Both the position numbers and the translations under genes were made by a program. A DNA stretch of 64,000 bases, taken from the NCBI GenBank assembly GCA_045588485.1, contig JAZNEI010000039.1, positions 9,765 through 73,764 of the forward strand, in the 5' to 3' direction. Below the pieces are notes generated by a model. The model worked only from the letters and a program-made list of their open reading frames with translations, had not been told where the DNA came from and made no database searches. This DNA comes from Bacteroidaceae bacterium. GTDB lineage: Bacteria; Bacteroidota; Bacteroidia; Bacteroidales; Bacteroidaceae. Positions 10,447-19,870 of the stretch are shown here, piece by piece (the first letter of the stretch is position 1; each line of letters opens with the position of its first letter).

Positions 10447-10573
10447 AAGTGATAATTTAAAATGTACTTACTGTAACAACACTTTTTTCGATTAAAACAA
10501 ATGAAAAGACAAGTGTGCCATTAAAAATGTTGTAATATTTGCTAAAACCGTTCTTCAATTACATAAAATTATA

Positions 10574-10581
10574 TATCTTTG
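10574..10581 (+). promoter_or_regulatory. -7 promoter box (TATCTTTG) within a TCTTTGCGCTAAAG motif
   Basis: Exact TAnnTTTG match about 105 nt upstream of the GH43 start. Confidence 0.45.
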
Positions 10582-10685
10582 CGCTAAAGCGCGAAGAACA
10601 ACTGCGCTTGCTGCGAAATTAAAGTAAACTTTTATCTCGTTTGCTGGTTAGGCTCTTTGCGCTAAGGCACATTACAATAATAGGA

Positions 10686-11699
10686 ATGAAGAGACATCTT
10701 CTTACATACATTGCTGCACTGACAATAGCTTCTTGCAGCAATAACAATGTGGAGACGTGGGAACTACGAACCCCTGACGGCTCACCGGCTCGTGTCGTCT
10801 CCATTGATACGATGGAGATGAGTAATCCTTTCGTTATATTCGATAAAAACCGGCTTACATATTATATGACCGGTGACGGAGGATATATTTGGAAAAGCAA
10901 CGACCTTCACAAGTGGAACGGCCCTTACAATGTGCTTTCACTCGATTCTCTCGAATGGATGGGTGCAAATCCTCAGATTACGGCTCCCGAGATTCACAAA
11001 TTCAAAGGTAAATACTACTATTTGGCAACATTTACACGTCAGGATGTAACAATTGACAATGTAGACGGCTATGATATTCCACGTCGTTCATGTCAACTTT
11101 TTGTGGCTGACAGTATCGAAGGACCATATAAACCAATACCGGCCGAGACTCCGCTTCTGCGTGCCGACCAAGCTGCCCGTGGCGCAACATTCATTACCGA
11201 TGAATATGACTCGGGATACCTTATATACAGCCACGATTGGATTCAGAGCCGCGAAGGTACAACACAGATAATACTTATGACCGAGGACCTTTCACGTCAG
11301 ATTGGTGAGCCTTATATAATGTTTCAAGCATCGCAGAATCCATGGTCGACAACAAAAGATGGCGTTCAATCCCAAATAATGGATGGACCTTGGCTTTTTG
11401 ATACCGAAGAGCGCGAACTTGGTATGTTGTTTACTACTGAGATTGACGGGAAAGGAGCATTAGGAGTGGCATATAGCGAAAAAGACCACGGATTGAACGG
11501 ACCGTGGCACATAGAACCTCGCCCCTTGCTGACAGGAGGATATGGACAGGCAATGCTGTTCAACGATTTCGACGGCTCATTGGTTATGATGCTTCATAAA
11601 GATACAATCATTAACGGAGTAAGAAAGCCGGTACCACAACTAATCGAAGTAGATAACCAGTTTGCACACCTGAAAATAAAAGGCAAATACAATTTTTAA
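10686..11699 (+). CDS. Glycoside hydrolase family 43-like lipoprotein
   Basis: Start moved to the internal Met (MKRHLLTYIAALTIASCS lipobox). APEIHKFKGKYYYLATF and FVADSIEGPY resemble GH43 beta-propeller motifs. Confidence 0.6.
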   Translation: MKRHLLTYIAALTIASCSNNNVETWELRTPDGSPARVVSIDTMEMSNPFVIFDKNRLTYYMTGDGGYIWKSNDLHKWNGPYNVLSLDSLEWMGANPQITAPEIHKFKGKYYYLATFTRQDVTIDNVDGYDIPRRSCQLFVADSIEGPYKPIPAETPLLRADQAARGATFITDEYDSGYLIYSHDWIQSREGTTQIILMTEDLSRQIGEPYIMFQASQNPWSTTKDGVQSQIMDGPWLFDTEERELGMLFTTEIDGKGALGVAYSEKDHGLNGPWHIEPRPLLTGGYGQAMLFNDFDGSLVMMLHKDTIINGVRKPVPQLIEVDNQFAHLKIKGKYNF

Positions 11700-11719
11700 A
11701 CCTTTAAATATAAACAATT

Positions 11720-12532
11720 ATGCGTTTAATTATCGAACCTAACTACCAGCAGCTTTCAAGCTGGGCAGCAACTTACGTTGCAAAGAGAATCAACGAGTTC
11801 AACCCCACACCCGAGAAGCCTTTTGTTCTTGGCCTTCCTACCGGTGGTACTCCTCTTGGCACATACAAAGAGCTTATCAGACTCTACAACGAGGGTAAAG
11901 TGAGTTTCCAGAATGTAGTTACATTCAATATGGACGAGTATGTAGGTCTTCCCGAGGAGCACCCCGAGAGCTACCACTCATTTATGTGGAACAACTTCTT
12001 CAGCCATGTTGACGTTAAGAAGGAGAATGTAAATATCCTTAATGGTAATGCCGAGGACCTTGTTGCAGAGTGTGCTCGCTATGAGGAGAAAATCAAGTCT
12101 TACGGCGGTATCCACCTTTTCCTCGGTGGTATCGGTCCCGACGGACACATCGCATTCAACGAGCCGGGTTCATCACTTGCATCACGTACACGTATCAAGA
12201 CTCTTACAACAGACACTATCATTGCTAACTCACGCTTCTTCGACAACGACATCAACAAGGTGCCTAAGACAGCAGTTACAGTAGGTGTTGGTACAGTTAT
12301 GGATGCTCAGGAGGTTCTTATCCTCGTCAACGGTCACAACAAGGCACAGGCTCTTTATCATGCAGTTGAGGGTAACATCACTCAGATGTGGACAATCAGT
12401 ATCCTTCAGATGCACCAGCACGGTATCATCGTTTGTGACGATGCTGCAACAGCCGAGCTTAAGGTGGGTACTGTAAACTACTTCAAAGATATTGAGCGCG
12501 ACAACCTTTGTCCTTGCTCTAACCTTAAGTAA
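11720..12532 (+). CDS. nagB: Glucosamine-6-phosphate deaminase
   Basis: 270 aa. MRLIIEP...[14 protein letters not shown]...MDEYVGLP...[16 protein letters not shown] are canonical NagB motifs. Confidence 0.95.
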   Translation: MRLIIEPNYQQLSSWAATYVAKRINEFNPTPEKPFVLGLPTGGTPLGTYKELIRLYNEGKVSFQNVVTFNMDEYVGLPEEHPESYHSFMWNNFFSHVDVKKENVNILNGNAEDLVAECARYEEKIKSYGGIHLFLGGIGPDGHIAFNEPGSSLASRTRIKTLTTDTIIANSRFFDNDINKVPKTAVTVGVGTVMDAQEVLILVNGHNKAQALYHAVEGNITQMWTISILQMHQHGIIVCDDAATAELKVGTVNYFKDIERDNLCPCSNLK

Positions 12533-12575
12533 TAAAGGAAGAATATCTACAAGCAACATTGAAAAAGCTTGTGAA

Positions 12576-12624
12576 AATAATACTCAGAAACGCATACATT
12601 TACGTTTCTGAGTATTATTTTTTA
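12576..12624 (+). terminator. Intrinsic terminator after nagB
   Basis: 17-bp stem aataatactcagaaacg (12576-12592) / cgtttctgagtattatt (12603-12619), followed by a T-run. Confidence 0.8.
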
Positions 12625-12676
12625 TGCATCAGGTGTATAAAAGCACAATTTTCTTTCGTATAAAAAAAACAAATTA

Positions 12677-12684
12677 TATATTTG
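12677..12684 (+). promoter_or_regulatory. -7 promoter box (TATATTTG)
   Basis: Exact TAnnTTTG match 58 nt upstream of the ATG at 12742. Confidence 0.45.
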
Positions 12685-12741
12685 CGTTAACACATTCTCG
12701 GAGCGTTTGAAAAAATAAATTACTATAAAGCTTTATATAAA

Positions 12742-14151
12742 ATGAAAGGAACAAAGACATTACTACTATTTATGTTGGCGTTTATTATGATGCTACAGAG
12801 TAAAGCACAAGAGTATGTATCGAATCGTCCGCCGATTAGCGAGAGACATTTTGTATCGCAGGCTGTTGAAAAAAAAATTGTAGAAACAGCTGCAGCACTG
12901 AAAAACAAAAAACTCGCGTGGATGTTTGCAAACTGTTTTCCCAACACATTGGATACTACTGTCTATCCCAACGGTGATGGTGATACTTTTGTCTACACCG
13001 GCGATATAGCGGCCATGTGGCTCAGAGATTCGGGTGCACAAGTGTGGACATATATGCGTTTTATTGCCGAGGATGAGGAACTGCGCAAGATGATTGCCGG
13101 TGTGATACAACGTCAGATGCGTTGCATCATAATAGACCCGTATGCAAACGCATTCTACAAGGAACCCGACAAGGTGGGCGAATGGGCAAGCGACCAGACA
13201 AAAATGCTACCCGGTGTACACGAGAGAAAATGGGAGATAGATTCACACTGCTACCCGATACGTCTTGCATACGAATATTGGAAACGTTCGGGCGATGAAT
13301 CGATATTCACTGACGAGTGGATACAGTGTATCCAGCTTACACTTAAGACTTTCCGTGAGCAGCAACGTAAAAATGGAGTAGGTCCATACACTTTCTTGCG
13401 TAAGACTGCAAGAGCATTCGATACACTTAATAATGGGGGTAAAGGAAGTCCGGTAAAGCCTGTCGGACTGATTGTTTCATCGTTCCGTCCCTCGGATGAT
13501 GCCACAGTATTCCAGTTTCTGGTACCATCGAATTTCTTTGCAGTAAGTTCACTTAGAAAGGCTGCCGAGATTCTGAATAAAGTCAATAAGCGCGATGATA
13601 TTGCCAATGAGTGTTTGCAACTTGCCAAGGAGGTCGAGAATGCTCTTAACGAGTATGCTATATATAATCACCCACGCTTCGGTCGGATATACGCCTTTGA
13701 GGTAGACGGATTCGGAAACCACCTGCTTATGGATGATGCCAATGTACCAAGCCTCCTTGCAATGCCTTATCTTGACAAGAAATTTGCAAATGACCCTGTA
13801 TATCTTAATACACGTAAGTTTGTATGGAGCGATAGCAACCCATATTTTTTCAAAGGAAAAGTTGCCGAGGGAATAGGCGGACCTCACGTTGGCTATGATA
13901 TGGCTTGGCCTATGAGTATTATTATGAGAGCTCTTACATCGACCGATGACAGCGAGATTAAAGAGTGTGTCGAGATGCTAATGAAGACCGATGCCGGAAC
14001 CGGATTTATGCATGAGTCGTTTAATGTAGACAATCCTGAAAAATTCACTCGTTCATGGTTTGCATGGGTAAACGGTCTTTTCGGCGAGATGATACTTAAG
14101 ATAATAGATGACGGAAAATTGGAGTTACTTAACAGTATAGATATAAAATAA
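12742..14151 (+). CDS. Glycoside hydrolase family 125 (metal-independent exo-alpha-1,6-mannosidase, DUF1237)
   Basis: 469 aa with a signal peptide. The GDIAAMWLRDSGAQ motif and overall length match GH125 as I remember it. Confidence 0.8.
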   Translation: MKGTKTLLLFMLAFIMMLQSKAQEYVSNRPPISERHFVSQAVEKKIVETAAALKNKKLAWMFANCFPNTLDTTVYPNGDGDTFVYTGDIAAMWLRDSGAQVWTYMRFIAEDEELRKMIAGVIQRQMRCIIIDPYANAFYKEPDKVGEWASDQTKMLPGVHERKWEIDSHCYPIRLAYEYWKRSGDESIFTDEWIQCIQLTLKTFREQQRKNGVGPYTFLRKTARAFDTLNNGGKGSPVKPVGLIVSSFRPSDDATVFQFLVPSNFFAVSSLRKAAEILNKVNKRDDIANECLQLAKEVENALNEYAIYNHPRFGRIYAFEVDGFGNHLLMDDANVPSLLAMPYLDKKFANDPVYLNTRKFVWSDSNPYFFKGKVAEGIGGPHVGYDMAWPMSIIMRALTSTDDSEIKECVEMLMKTDAGTGFMHESFNVDNPEKFTRSWFAWVNGLFGEMILKIIDDGKLELLNSIDIK

Positions 14152-14153
14152 CT

Positions 14154-15686
14154 ATGAAACGCACACTTTTTACAGCCCTTTTCTTTGTGCTTGCGGCATC
14201 GGCAATGGCACAGACACTCTTCATAGGGCAGTATAATATCCGATTCGATAAGAAATTAGACCGAGAACAAGGAAACGGTTGGGATGTACGTTCACCGGGA
14301 ATTTACTCTTTGATAAATTACAAGGGGTGGGATATTTTCGGTGCACAAGAGGTGTTGTATAACCAGCTGAAAGACCTTAAAGCCAATATCGATGGATACG
14401 ACTATATAGGTGTCGGCCGTGACGATGGTGCACAGAAGGGAGAGTTTGCCCCTATTTTCTATAAGAAAAGTCGATTGCGTTGCATCAAAAATGGTAATTT
14501 CTGGCTATCAGAGACACCCGATTCTGTTGGTTCAAAAGGGTGGGATGCTGCACTCTGCAGAATATGTACCTGGGGCAAGTTCGAGGACAAGAACAGCAAA
14601 TGGCGTTTCTTTGCATTCAATCTTCACATGGACCACATTGGCAAAGTGGCACGATGCGAGAGTGCCAAACTTGTGCTGAGGAAAATCAAAGAGATGTGTG
14701 GTGATGCACCATATATTGTCACAGGAGATTTCAATGTCGACCAGAACGATAGCATATATACAATTCTCACAGGCTCGAAGATGCTTAACGACTCATATTC
14801 CATTGCCAAGCACAAGATGTGTGAGACCGGTTCAATGAACTATTTCAACCCCGAGTATAAGACCGACAGCCGCATTGACCACATTTTTCTATCACCGCAT
14901 TTCAAGGTACACAAGTTCGGCCTTAACACATACAACTATTGGCAGCCTATTGAAGCTACTCCCGAGAAACTGCAAGCAATAGCCGATGGAGTAGAGGGTG
15001 TGGCACTTCATAAATCCTGCGTGCTATCCGACCACTATCCAATTGACGCTGTTGTTGAGCTGCCTCGACTGCGTGCACCGCAAGATTGGGCACAATATAA
15101 CAATTACAGCAAAGACAATGAGAAGTGCAAAGAGGCAAAGGTGGTGTTTATGGGAAACTCCATTACACGTAACTGGTATCGTTACCGTCCCGAGTTTTTT
15201 AATGAAAATGAGGGATATTTGTGTCGAGGAATCAGCGGACAGGTAACAGCACAGATGCTTGCCCGTTTCCGTTCGGATGTGATAAATCTGCATCCCAAAA
15301 AGGTGGTGATACTCGCAGGAACAAACGATATTGCAATGAATCAGGGATATGTATCGATAGAGCACATATTCGAGAATATTGTATCTATGGCCGAGCTTGC
15401 AAAATGCAACGGTATAAAGGTTGTACTATGCTCGGTTCTCCCTGCCGACCGCTATAGTTGGTCGTGGGAGATTGACCGTGAGCGAGCTATCGAGTCGATA
15501 AAGAGCCTTAACGAGAAACTGCGTGCCTATGCAAAGAAAAACAAAATTCCTTATGCCGACTATTACTCGGCAATGGTCGACGAGAATATGGCACTGAAAA
15601 AGGAGTATCAGGAGGATGCCGTACACCCCAACAAAGAGGGGTATCTGGTAATGGAAGAGATTATACAAAAAATACTAAAAAAATAA
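14154..15686 (+). CDS. Fusion protein: endonuclease/exonuclease/phosphatase (EEP) domain plus SGNH/GDSL hydrolase domain
   Basis: 510 aa. The N-terminal half is EEP-like (GQYNIRFD, GDFNVD, SDHYP). The C-terminal half carries SGNH blocks FMGNSIT, GISGQ, AGTNDI and DAVHPN. Confidence 0.75.
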   Translation: MKRTLFTALFFVLAASAMAQTLFIGQYNIRFDKKLDREQGNGWDVRSPGIYSLINYKGWDIFGAQEVLYNQLKDLKANIDGYDYIGVGRDDGAQKGEFAPIFYKKSRLRCIKNGNFWLSETPDSVGSKGWDAALCRICTWGKFEDKNSKWRFFAFNLHMDHIGKVARCESAKLVLRKIKEMCGDAPYIVTGDFNVDQNDSIYTILTGSKMLNDSYSIAKHKMCETGSMNYFNPEYKTDSRIDHIFLSPHFKVHKFGLNTYNYWQPIEATPEKLQAIADGVEGVALHKSCVLSDHYPIDAVVELPRLRAPQDWAQYNNYSKDNEKCKEAKVVFMGNSITRNWYRYRPEFFNENEGYLCRGISGQVTAQMLARFRSDVINLHPKKVVILAGTNDIAMNQGYVSIEHIFENIVSMAELAKCNGIKVVLCSVLPADRYSWSWEIDRERAIESIKSLNEKLRAYAKKNKIPYADYYSAMVDENMALKKEYQEDAVHPNKEGYLVMEEIIQKILKK

Positions 15687-15689
15687 TAG

Positions 15690-17648
15690 ATGACTATGAA
15701 AAGATTTTCGGTAATTCTGTTTGTTGCAATATTTTTTGCTTCAACCGCAATTTCTCAGACAAAACGAACACTCGTTTCGCCAAATGGGAAAATAAAATTA
15801 GAAGTTGAACTTTCGGACGGTATCACATACGATGTGTTCAGTGAGGGCGAACTCATACTCGATGACTGCCGTATGTCACTTGATGTAGATGGAAAAGTGT
15901 TAGGCTCGGTACCACAAGTTAAGAATGTCAAACGCAGGTCGGTAAACGAAATAAAGAAGCCTTTCCTGCATCTTAAATATGCCGAGGTTCCTAATATCTG
16001 CAACGAGATGGTACTGAATATGAAAGGAGGATATTCGGTAGAGTTTCGTGCGTACGACGATGGTATTGCCTATCGCTTTGTAACCAATTTAGGAAAAACA
16101 ATAGAGGTTAACAACGAGGATATAACCCTCTTCTTCCCCGAGGAGACCAATCTTGTTCTTCAGCAGTGCGACCGTTTCAGAACATCGTACGAAGAGAGAT
16201 ACTCTTTTGTAAAATCGAGCGAATGGCACAGCTATCAAAAAATGGCACACTATCCGATACTTGCCATAACAGCAGGCGGAACAAAGATTCTTATGAGTGA
16301 ATCGGATTTAAGAGACTATCCTGCACCTTTCTTCCGCAGCAACGATGCCAACGGTTTTTCGTCGGTGTTCCCCAAAGTGCCTTCAAAAGAGAAGCCTCGC
16401 AGCAACAAGAGCAATGATGTGCTTATGCGTCACAGATACATCGCAAAGACCGATGGAACAAGAGAGTTTCCGTGGCGTTATTTTGTTATAACAAAGGACG
16501 AAGGCAAACTTATAGAGACAACAATGGGTTGTCGTCTTGCACAAGATAGCAGATTAGAGGATGTATCGTGGATTAAACCCGGACAGGCAAGTTGGGAGTG
16601 GTGGAACGGTGCGATTCCATACGGTCCCGAAATAACATTCAAAGCCGGACTGAATGTAGAGACATATAAGTATTTCATTGATTTTGCATCGAAATATGGC
16701 ATCGAATATATTGTAATGGACGAGGGATGGGCAAAAGACAATATGGACCCATATACTCCCAACCCCGATTGTGATTTGCACAAAATTATAGCACACGGCA
16801 AAGAAAAGAATGTAGGTGTCATACTGTGGCTCACCTGGCGCTGTGTCGAGGAAAATCCCGGTCTCTTTGAAAAATTTGCCGAGTGGGGTGTTAAGGGTGT
16901 TAAAATCGACTTTATGGACCGAAGCGACCAATGGATGGTAAACTTCTACGAAAGAACAGTAAAAGAGGCTGCTCGTCATAAGATTCTAGTCAATTTCCAT
17001 GGAGCATATAAACCGGCAGGTCTTGAGTATATGTACCCCAATCTGCTCTCTTACGAGGGTGTGACAGGTATGGAACAGATGGGTAACTGCCGCCCCGAGA
17101 ACAGTATCTATCTGCCTTTCATGCGTAATGTGGTGGGAGCAATGGAGTACACCCCCGGTGCTATGAACAGCATGCAACCCGATAACTACTCGGCACGTCG
17201 TCCCAACTCGGGCAGCATCGGTACACGAGCCTATCAGATGGCACTGTTTGTGATTTTCGAATCGGGACTTCACATGCTTGCCGATAATCCGACACTATAC
17301 TATAATAACGACGATTGTACAAGATTCATTGCCTCGGTACCGCTTCTTTGGGATAGCACGAAGGCTCTCTCGGCAAAATTGGGCGACCACCTTATCGTTG
17401 CAAAGAAGAGTGGCGAAAAATGGTTCTTAGGCGGAATGACAGCCGAACGCAAAGAATCTCTTATAAAAGAGGTAACACTTGATTTTCTTCCCGAGGGTAA
17501 GGAGTTTACACTGACATCGTTCGAGGATGGCTCAAACGCCGACCGACAGGCAATGCATTACGTTAAGAGAGTAAACAAAGTACGTAAGGGAGACACTATA
17601 ACCATAAAAATGGTGCGTAACGGAGGTTACGCCGCAGTTATTGAGTGA
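15690..17648 (+). CDS. Glycoside hydrolase family 97
   Basis: 652 aa with a signal peptide. WEWWN and GVKIDFMDRSDQWMVNFYE...NFHGAYKPAGL are typical of the GH97 catalytic domain. Confidence 0.85.
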   Translation: MTMKRFSVILFVAIFFASTAISQTKRTLVSPNGKIKLEVELSDGITYDVFSEGELILDDCRMSLDVDGKVLGSVPQVKNVKRRSVNEIKKPFLHLKYAEVPNICNEMVLNMKGGYSVEFRAYDDGIAYRFVTNLGKTIEVNNEDITLFFPEETNLVLQQCDRFRTSYEERYSFVKSSEWHSYQKMAHYPILAITAGGTKILMSESDLRDYPAPFFRSNDANGFSSVFPKVPSKEKPRSNKSNDVLMRHRYIAKTDGTREFPWRYFVITKDEGKLIETTMGCRLAQDSRLEDVSWIKPGQASWEWWNGAIPYGPEITFKAGLNVETYKYFIDFASKYGIEYIVMDEGWAKDNMDPYTPNPDCDLHKIIAHGKEKNVGVILWLTWRCVEENPGLFEKFAEWGVKGVKIDFMDRSDQWMVNFYERTVKEAARHKILVNFHGAYKPAGLEYMYPNLLSYEGVTGMEQMGNCRPENSIYLPFMRNVVGAMEYTPGAMNSMQPDNYSARRPNSGSIGTRAYQMALFVIFESGLHMLADNPTLYYNNDDCTRFIASVPLLWDSTKALSAKLGDHLIVAKKSGEKWFLGGMTAERKESLIKEVTLDFLPEGKEFTLTSFEDGSNADRQAMHYVKRVNKVRKGDTITIKMVRNGGYAAVIE

Positions 17649-17707
17649 TTTACTATAATAGGGATATTTTTTTAAGAAACATAAACTGCTTCTTATTAAA
17701 TTTGATT

Positions 17708-17741
17708 ACCTTTGCATTTGTATAAATGCAAAGGTTTTTTA
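17708..17741 (+). terminator. Intrinsic terminator after the GH97 gene
   Basis: 12-bp stem acctttgcattt / aaatgcaaaggt followed by a T-run. It overlaps a TACCTTTG box (17707-17714). Confidence 0.7.
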
Positions 17742-17784
17742 TTTGCAACTTCTGATAAATCAATTAACACAAAAAACAATAATC

Positions 17785-19086
17785 ATGCGTAAACACATTC
17801 TTACTATTGCAATGTTGATGTTTGCTGTAGTTACAGCATTCGCCAACAACAATGGTGTCGAGGCTATGCTCGGCAAGATATCGGCAATCTCGGGATACGA
17901 GAAACTCGAAAAGGCCGATACAACACGTAGTTACTACCTTATGAAATTCACTCAGCTTATCGACCCCAACAATGCCGCAGTCGGCACATTCGAGCAGCGT
18001 GTGATGCTGGGACACAGAGGCTTCGACCGTCCTACAGTAATTGTTACCGAGGGTTACGGGGGCGATTATGCATTTGGCAGTAAGCGTTATATGGAGGAAC
18101 TTACACGCATCCTCGATGCCAATATACTGTTTGTAGAGTACCGTTTCTTCTCACAGTCTAAGCCCGAGAACCTGAATTGGGACTATATGACAATTGCAAA
18201 CTCTATGCACGATTATCATGCAATTACAACAGCATTCAAGAAATACTATACAGGCAAATGGGCTGCCACAGGCATCAGTAAAGGTGGTTCTACAACTATC
18301 TTCTACCGTGCCTACTACCCCGAGGATGTAGATGTTTCGGTTCCATACGTAGCACCGTTGAGCCGTGCACTAGAGGATGGTCGTCACGAGTCATTCCTTG
18401 AGCAAGCATCGACAAAGGCCAACCGAGATGCTATCCGTAACTTCCAGTTCCAGTTGTTAGAGCGTAAAGAGGCATTGTTGCCCATGTTCAGCAAATACTG
18501 TATAGACAAGGAGTATACATTCTATGTCCCCATTGAGACTATTTATGACCTGTGTGTTCTCGAGTATCAGTTCTCTTTTTGGCAGTGGGGTTCGCCCGTT
18601 GCCGATATTCCCGTTGCAACAGCAAGTGACAAGGAGAAATTCGAGTATTTCATAAGAATGTGTGAGCCTAACTATTTCTCACGCAAGAACGACCTTGAGT
18701 CATTTTCTGTTCAGGCTGTAAAGGATTTCGGATACTATGGCTATAATGTCGATCCATTCAAGGATTATATCAATGTAGAGGACATCGAGGGTTACTACAA
18801 ACGTGTTATGCTTCCCTCACAGTGGGCAAACACCATATTCGACGATTATAACTACCGTTTCGTTACCGACTTCCTGACCGAGAACGATCCGAAGATGATT
18901 TTTATCTATGGCGAGTGGGATCCTTGGACAGCAAGCGGTGTTACATGGTTGCGCGACCGAAACAAGAAAAATATACATATTTATATTGAGCCGGACGGCA
19001 GCCACAAGGCACGCATCGGCACAATGCCCGCCGCGACACAAACCGAGATTCTGAACAAGCTGAACGAGTGGATGCAGTATCGTTGA
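17785..19086 (+). CDS. Secreted alpha/beta-hydrolase serine peptidase (S28/S37-like)
   Basis: Start moved to MRKHILTIAMLMFA (signal peptide). It has a GxSxG nucleophile elbow (GISKGG). Family assignment is from memory of Bacteroides S28-like proteins. Confidence 0.55.
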   Translation: MRKHILTIAMLMFAVVTAFANNNGVEAMLGKISAISGYEKLEKADTTRSYYLMKFTQLIDPNNAAVGTFEQRVMLGHRGFDRPTVIVTEGYGGDYAFGSKRYMEELTRILDANILFVEYRFFSQSKPENLNWDYMTIANSMHDYHAITTAFKKYYTGKWAATGISKGGSTTIFYRAYYPEDVDVSVPYVAPLSRALEDGRHESFLEQASTKANRDAIRNFQFQLLERKEALLPMFSKYCIDKEYTFYVPIETIYDLCVLEYQFSFWQWGSPVADIPVATASDKEKFEYFIRMCEPNYFSRKNDLESFSVQAVKDFGYYGYNVDPFKDYINVEDIEGYYKRVMLPSQWANTIFDDYNYRFVTDFLTENDPKMIFIYGEWDPWTASGVTWLRDRNKKNIHIYIEPDGSHKARIGTMPAATQTEILNKLNEWMQYR

Positions 19087-19865
19087 TGGCAACAATAGAA
19101 TTAAACAAATTATCAATAGGTTACACCCATAACAGGCAAAAAATGCCTGTTATGGGTGTAATTGATGCTACCCTTGTCAGCGGAGAACTTGTTGCGCTTA
19201 TAGGTGCCAATGGTGCCGGAAAATCGACGTTGCTGCGCACGTTGTCGGCCTTCCAACAACCACTTTCGGGAACAATAACATACCCCGATGGAAAAAGTCA
19301 TAGCCGCACAGCCTCGGAACTATCGACACAATTGGCAGTGGTGCTTACAGGAAACAGCGGAATACATAATCTTACAGTACGCGAAGTTGTAGCGATGGGA
19401 CGTTCTCCATATACCAATTTTCTGGGACACCTGCGCAAACACGACAAAGAGATAATTGCCGAAGCAATGTCTATGGTAGGCATCGAGAATCTTGCCGATA
19501 GAAAAGTAGAGACGTTGAGCGACGGAGAAAGACAGAAAGCAATGATTGCAAAGGCTCTTGCACAGCAGACACCGGTTATAATGCTTGATGAGCCTACCGC
19601 ATTCCTCGATTTCAATAGCAGGGTACAACTGTTCCGCCAACTACAATCAATGGCACACAAGGCAGGAAAGGCAATTCTTGTTTCTACACACGACCTTGAA
19701 CTTGTACTGCAGCTTGCCGATAAAGTGTGGCTTATAATGGATAAGACAATGTACACGGGAAAAGTAGAGGAGCTTGCAGCAAACGGCATTTTAAAGAGAT
19801 TCATCGACGGTGATGGAATAGAGTATAATGCAAAAGAAAACCGTATAGAGATAAAACGAGCATAA
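19086..19865 (+). CDS. ABC transporter ATP-binding protein (FepC/BtuD-like), no adjacent permease
   Basis: Walker A GANGAGKST, signature LSDGERQ, Walker B IMLDEP. The ATG overlaps the upstream stop (TGATG). Confidence 0.85.
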   Translation: MATIELNKLSIGYTHNRQKMPVMGVIDATLVSGELVALIGANGAGKSTLLRTLSAFQQPLSGTITYPDGKSHSRTASELSTQLAVVLTGNSGIHNLTVREVVAMGRSPYTNFLGHLRKHDKEIIAEAMSMVGIENLADRKVETLSDGERQKAMIAKALAQQTPVIMLDEPTAFLDFNSRVQLFRQLQSMAHKAGKAILVSTHDLELVLQLADKVWLIMDKTMYTGKVEELAANGILKRFIDGDGIEYNAKENRIEIKRA

Positions 19866-19870
19866 AGAAT

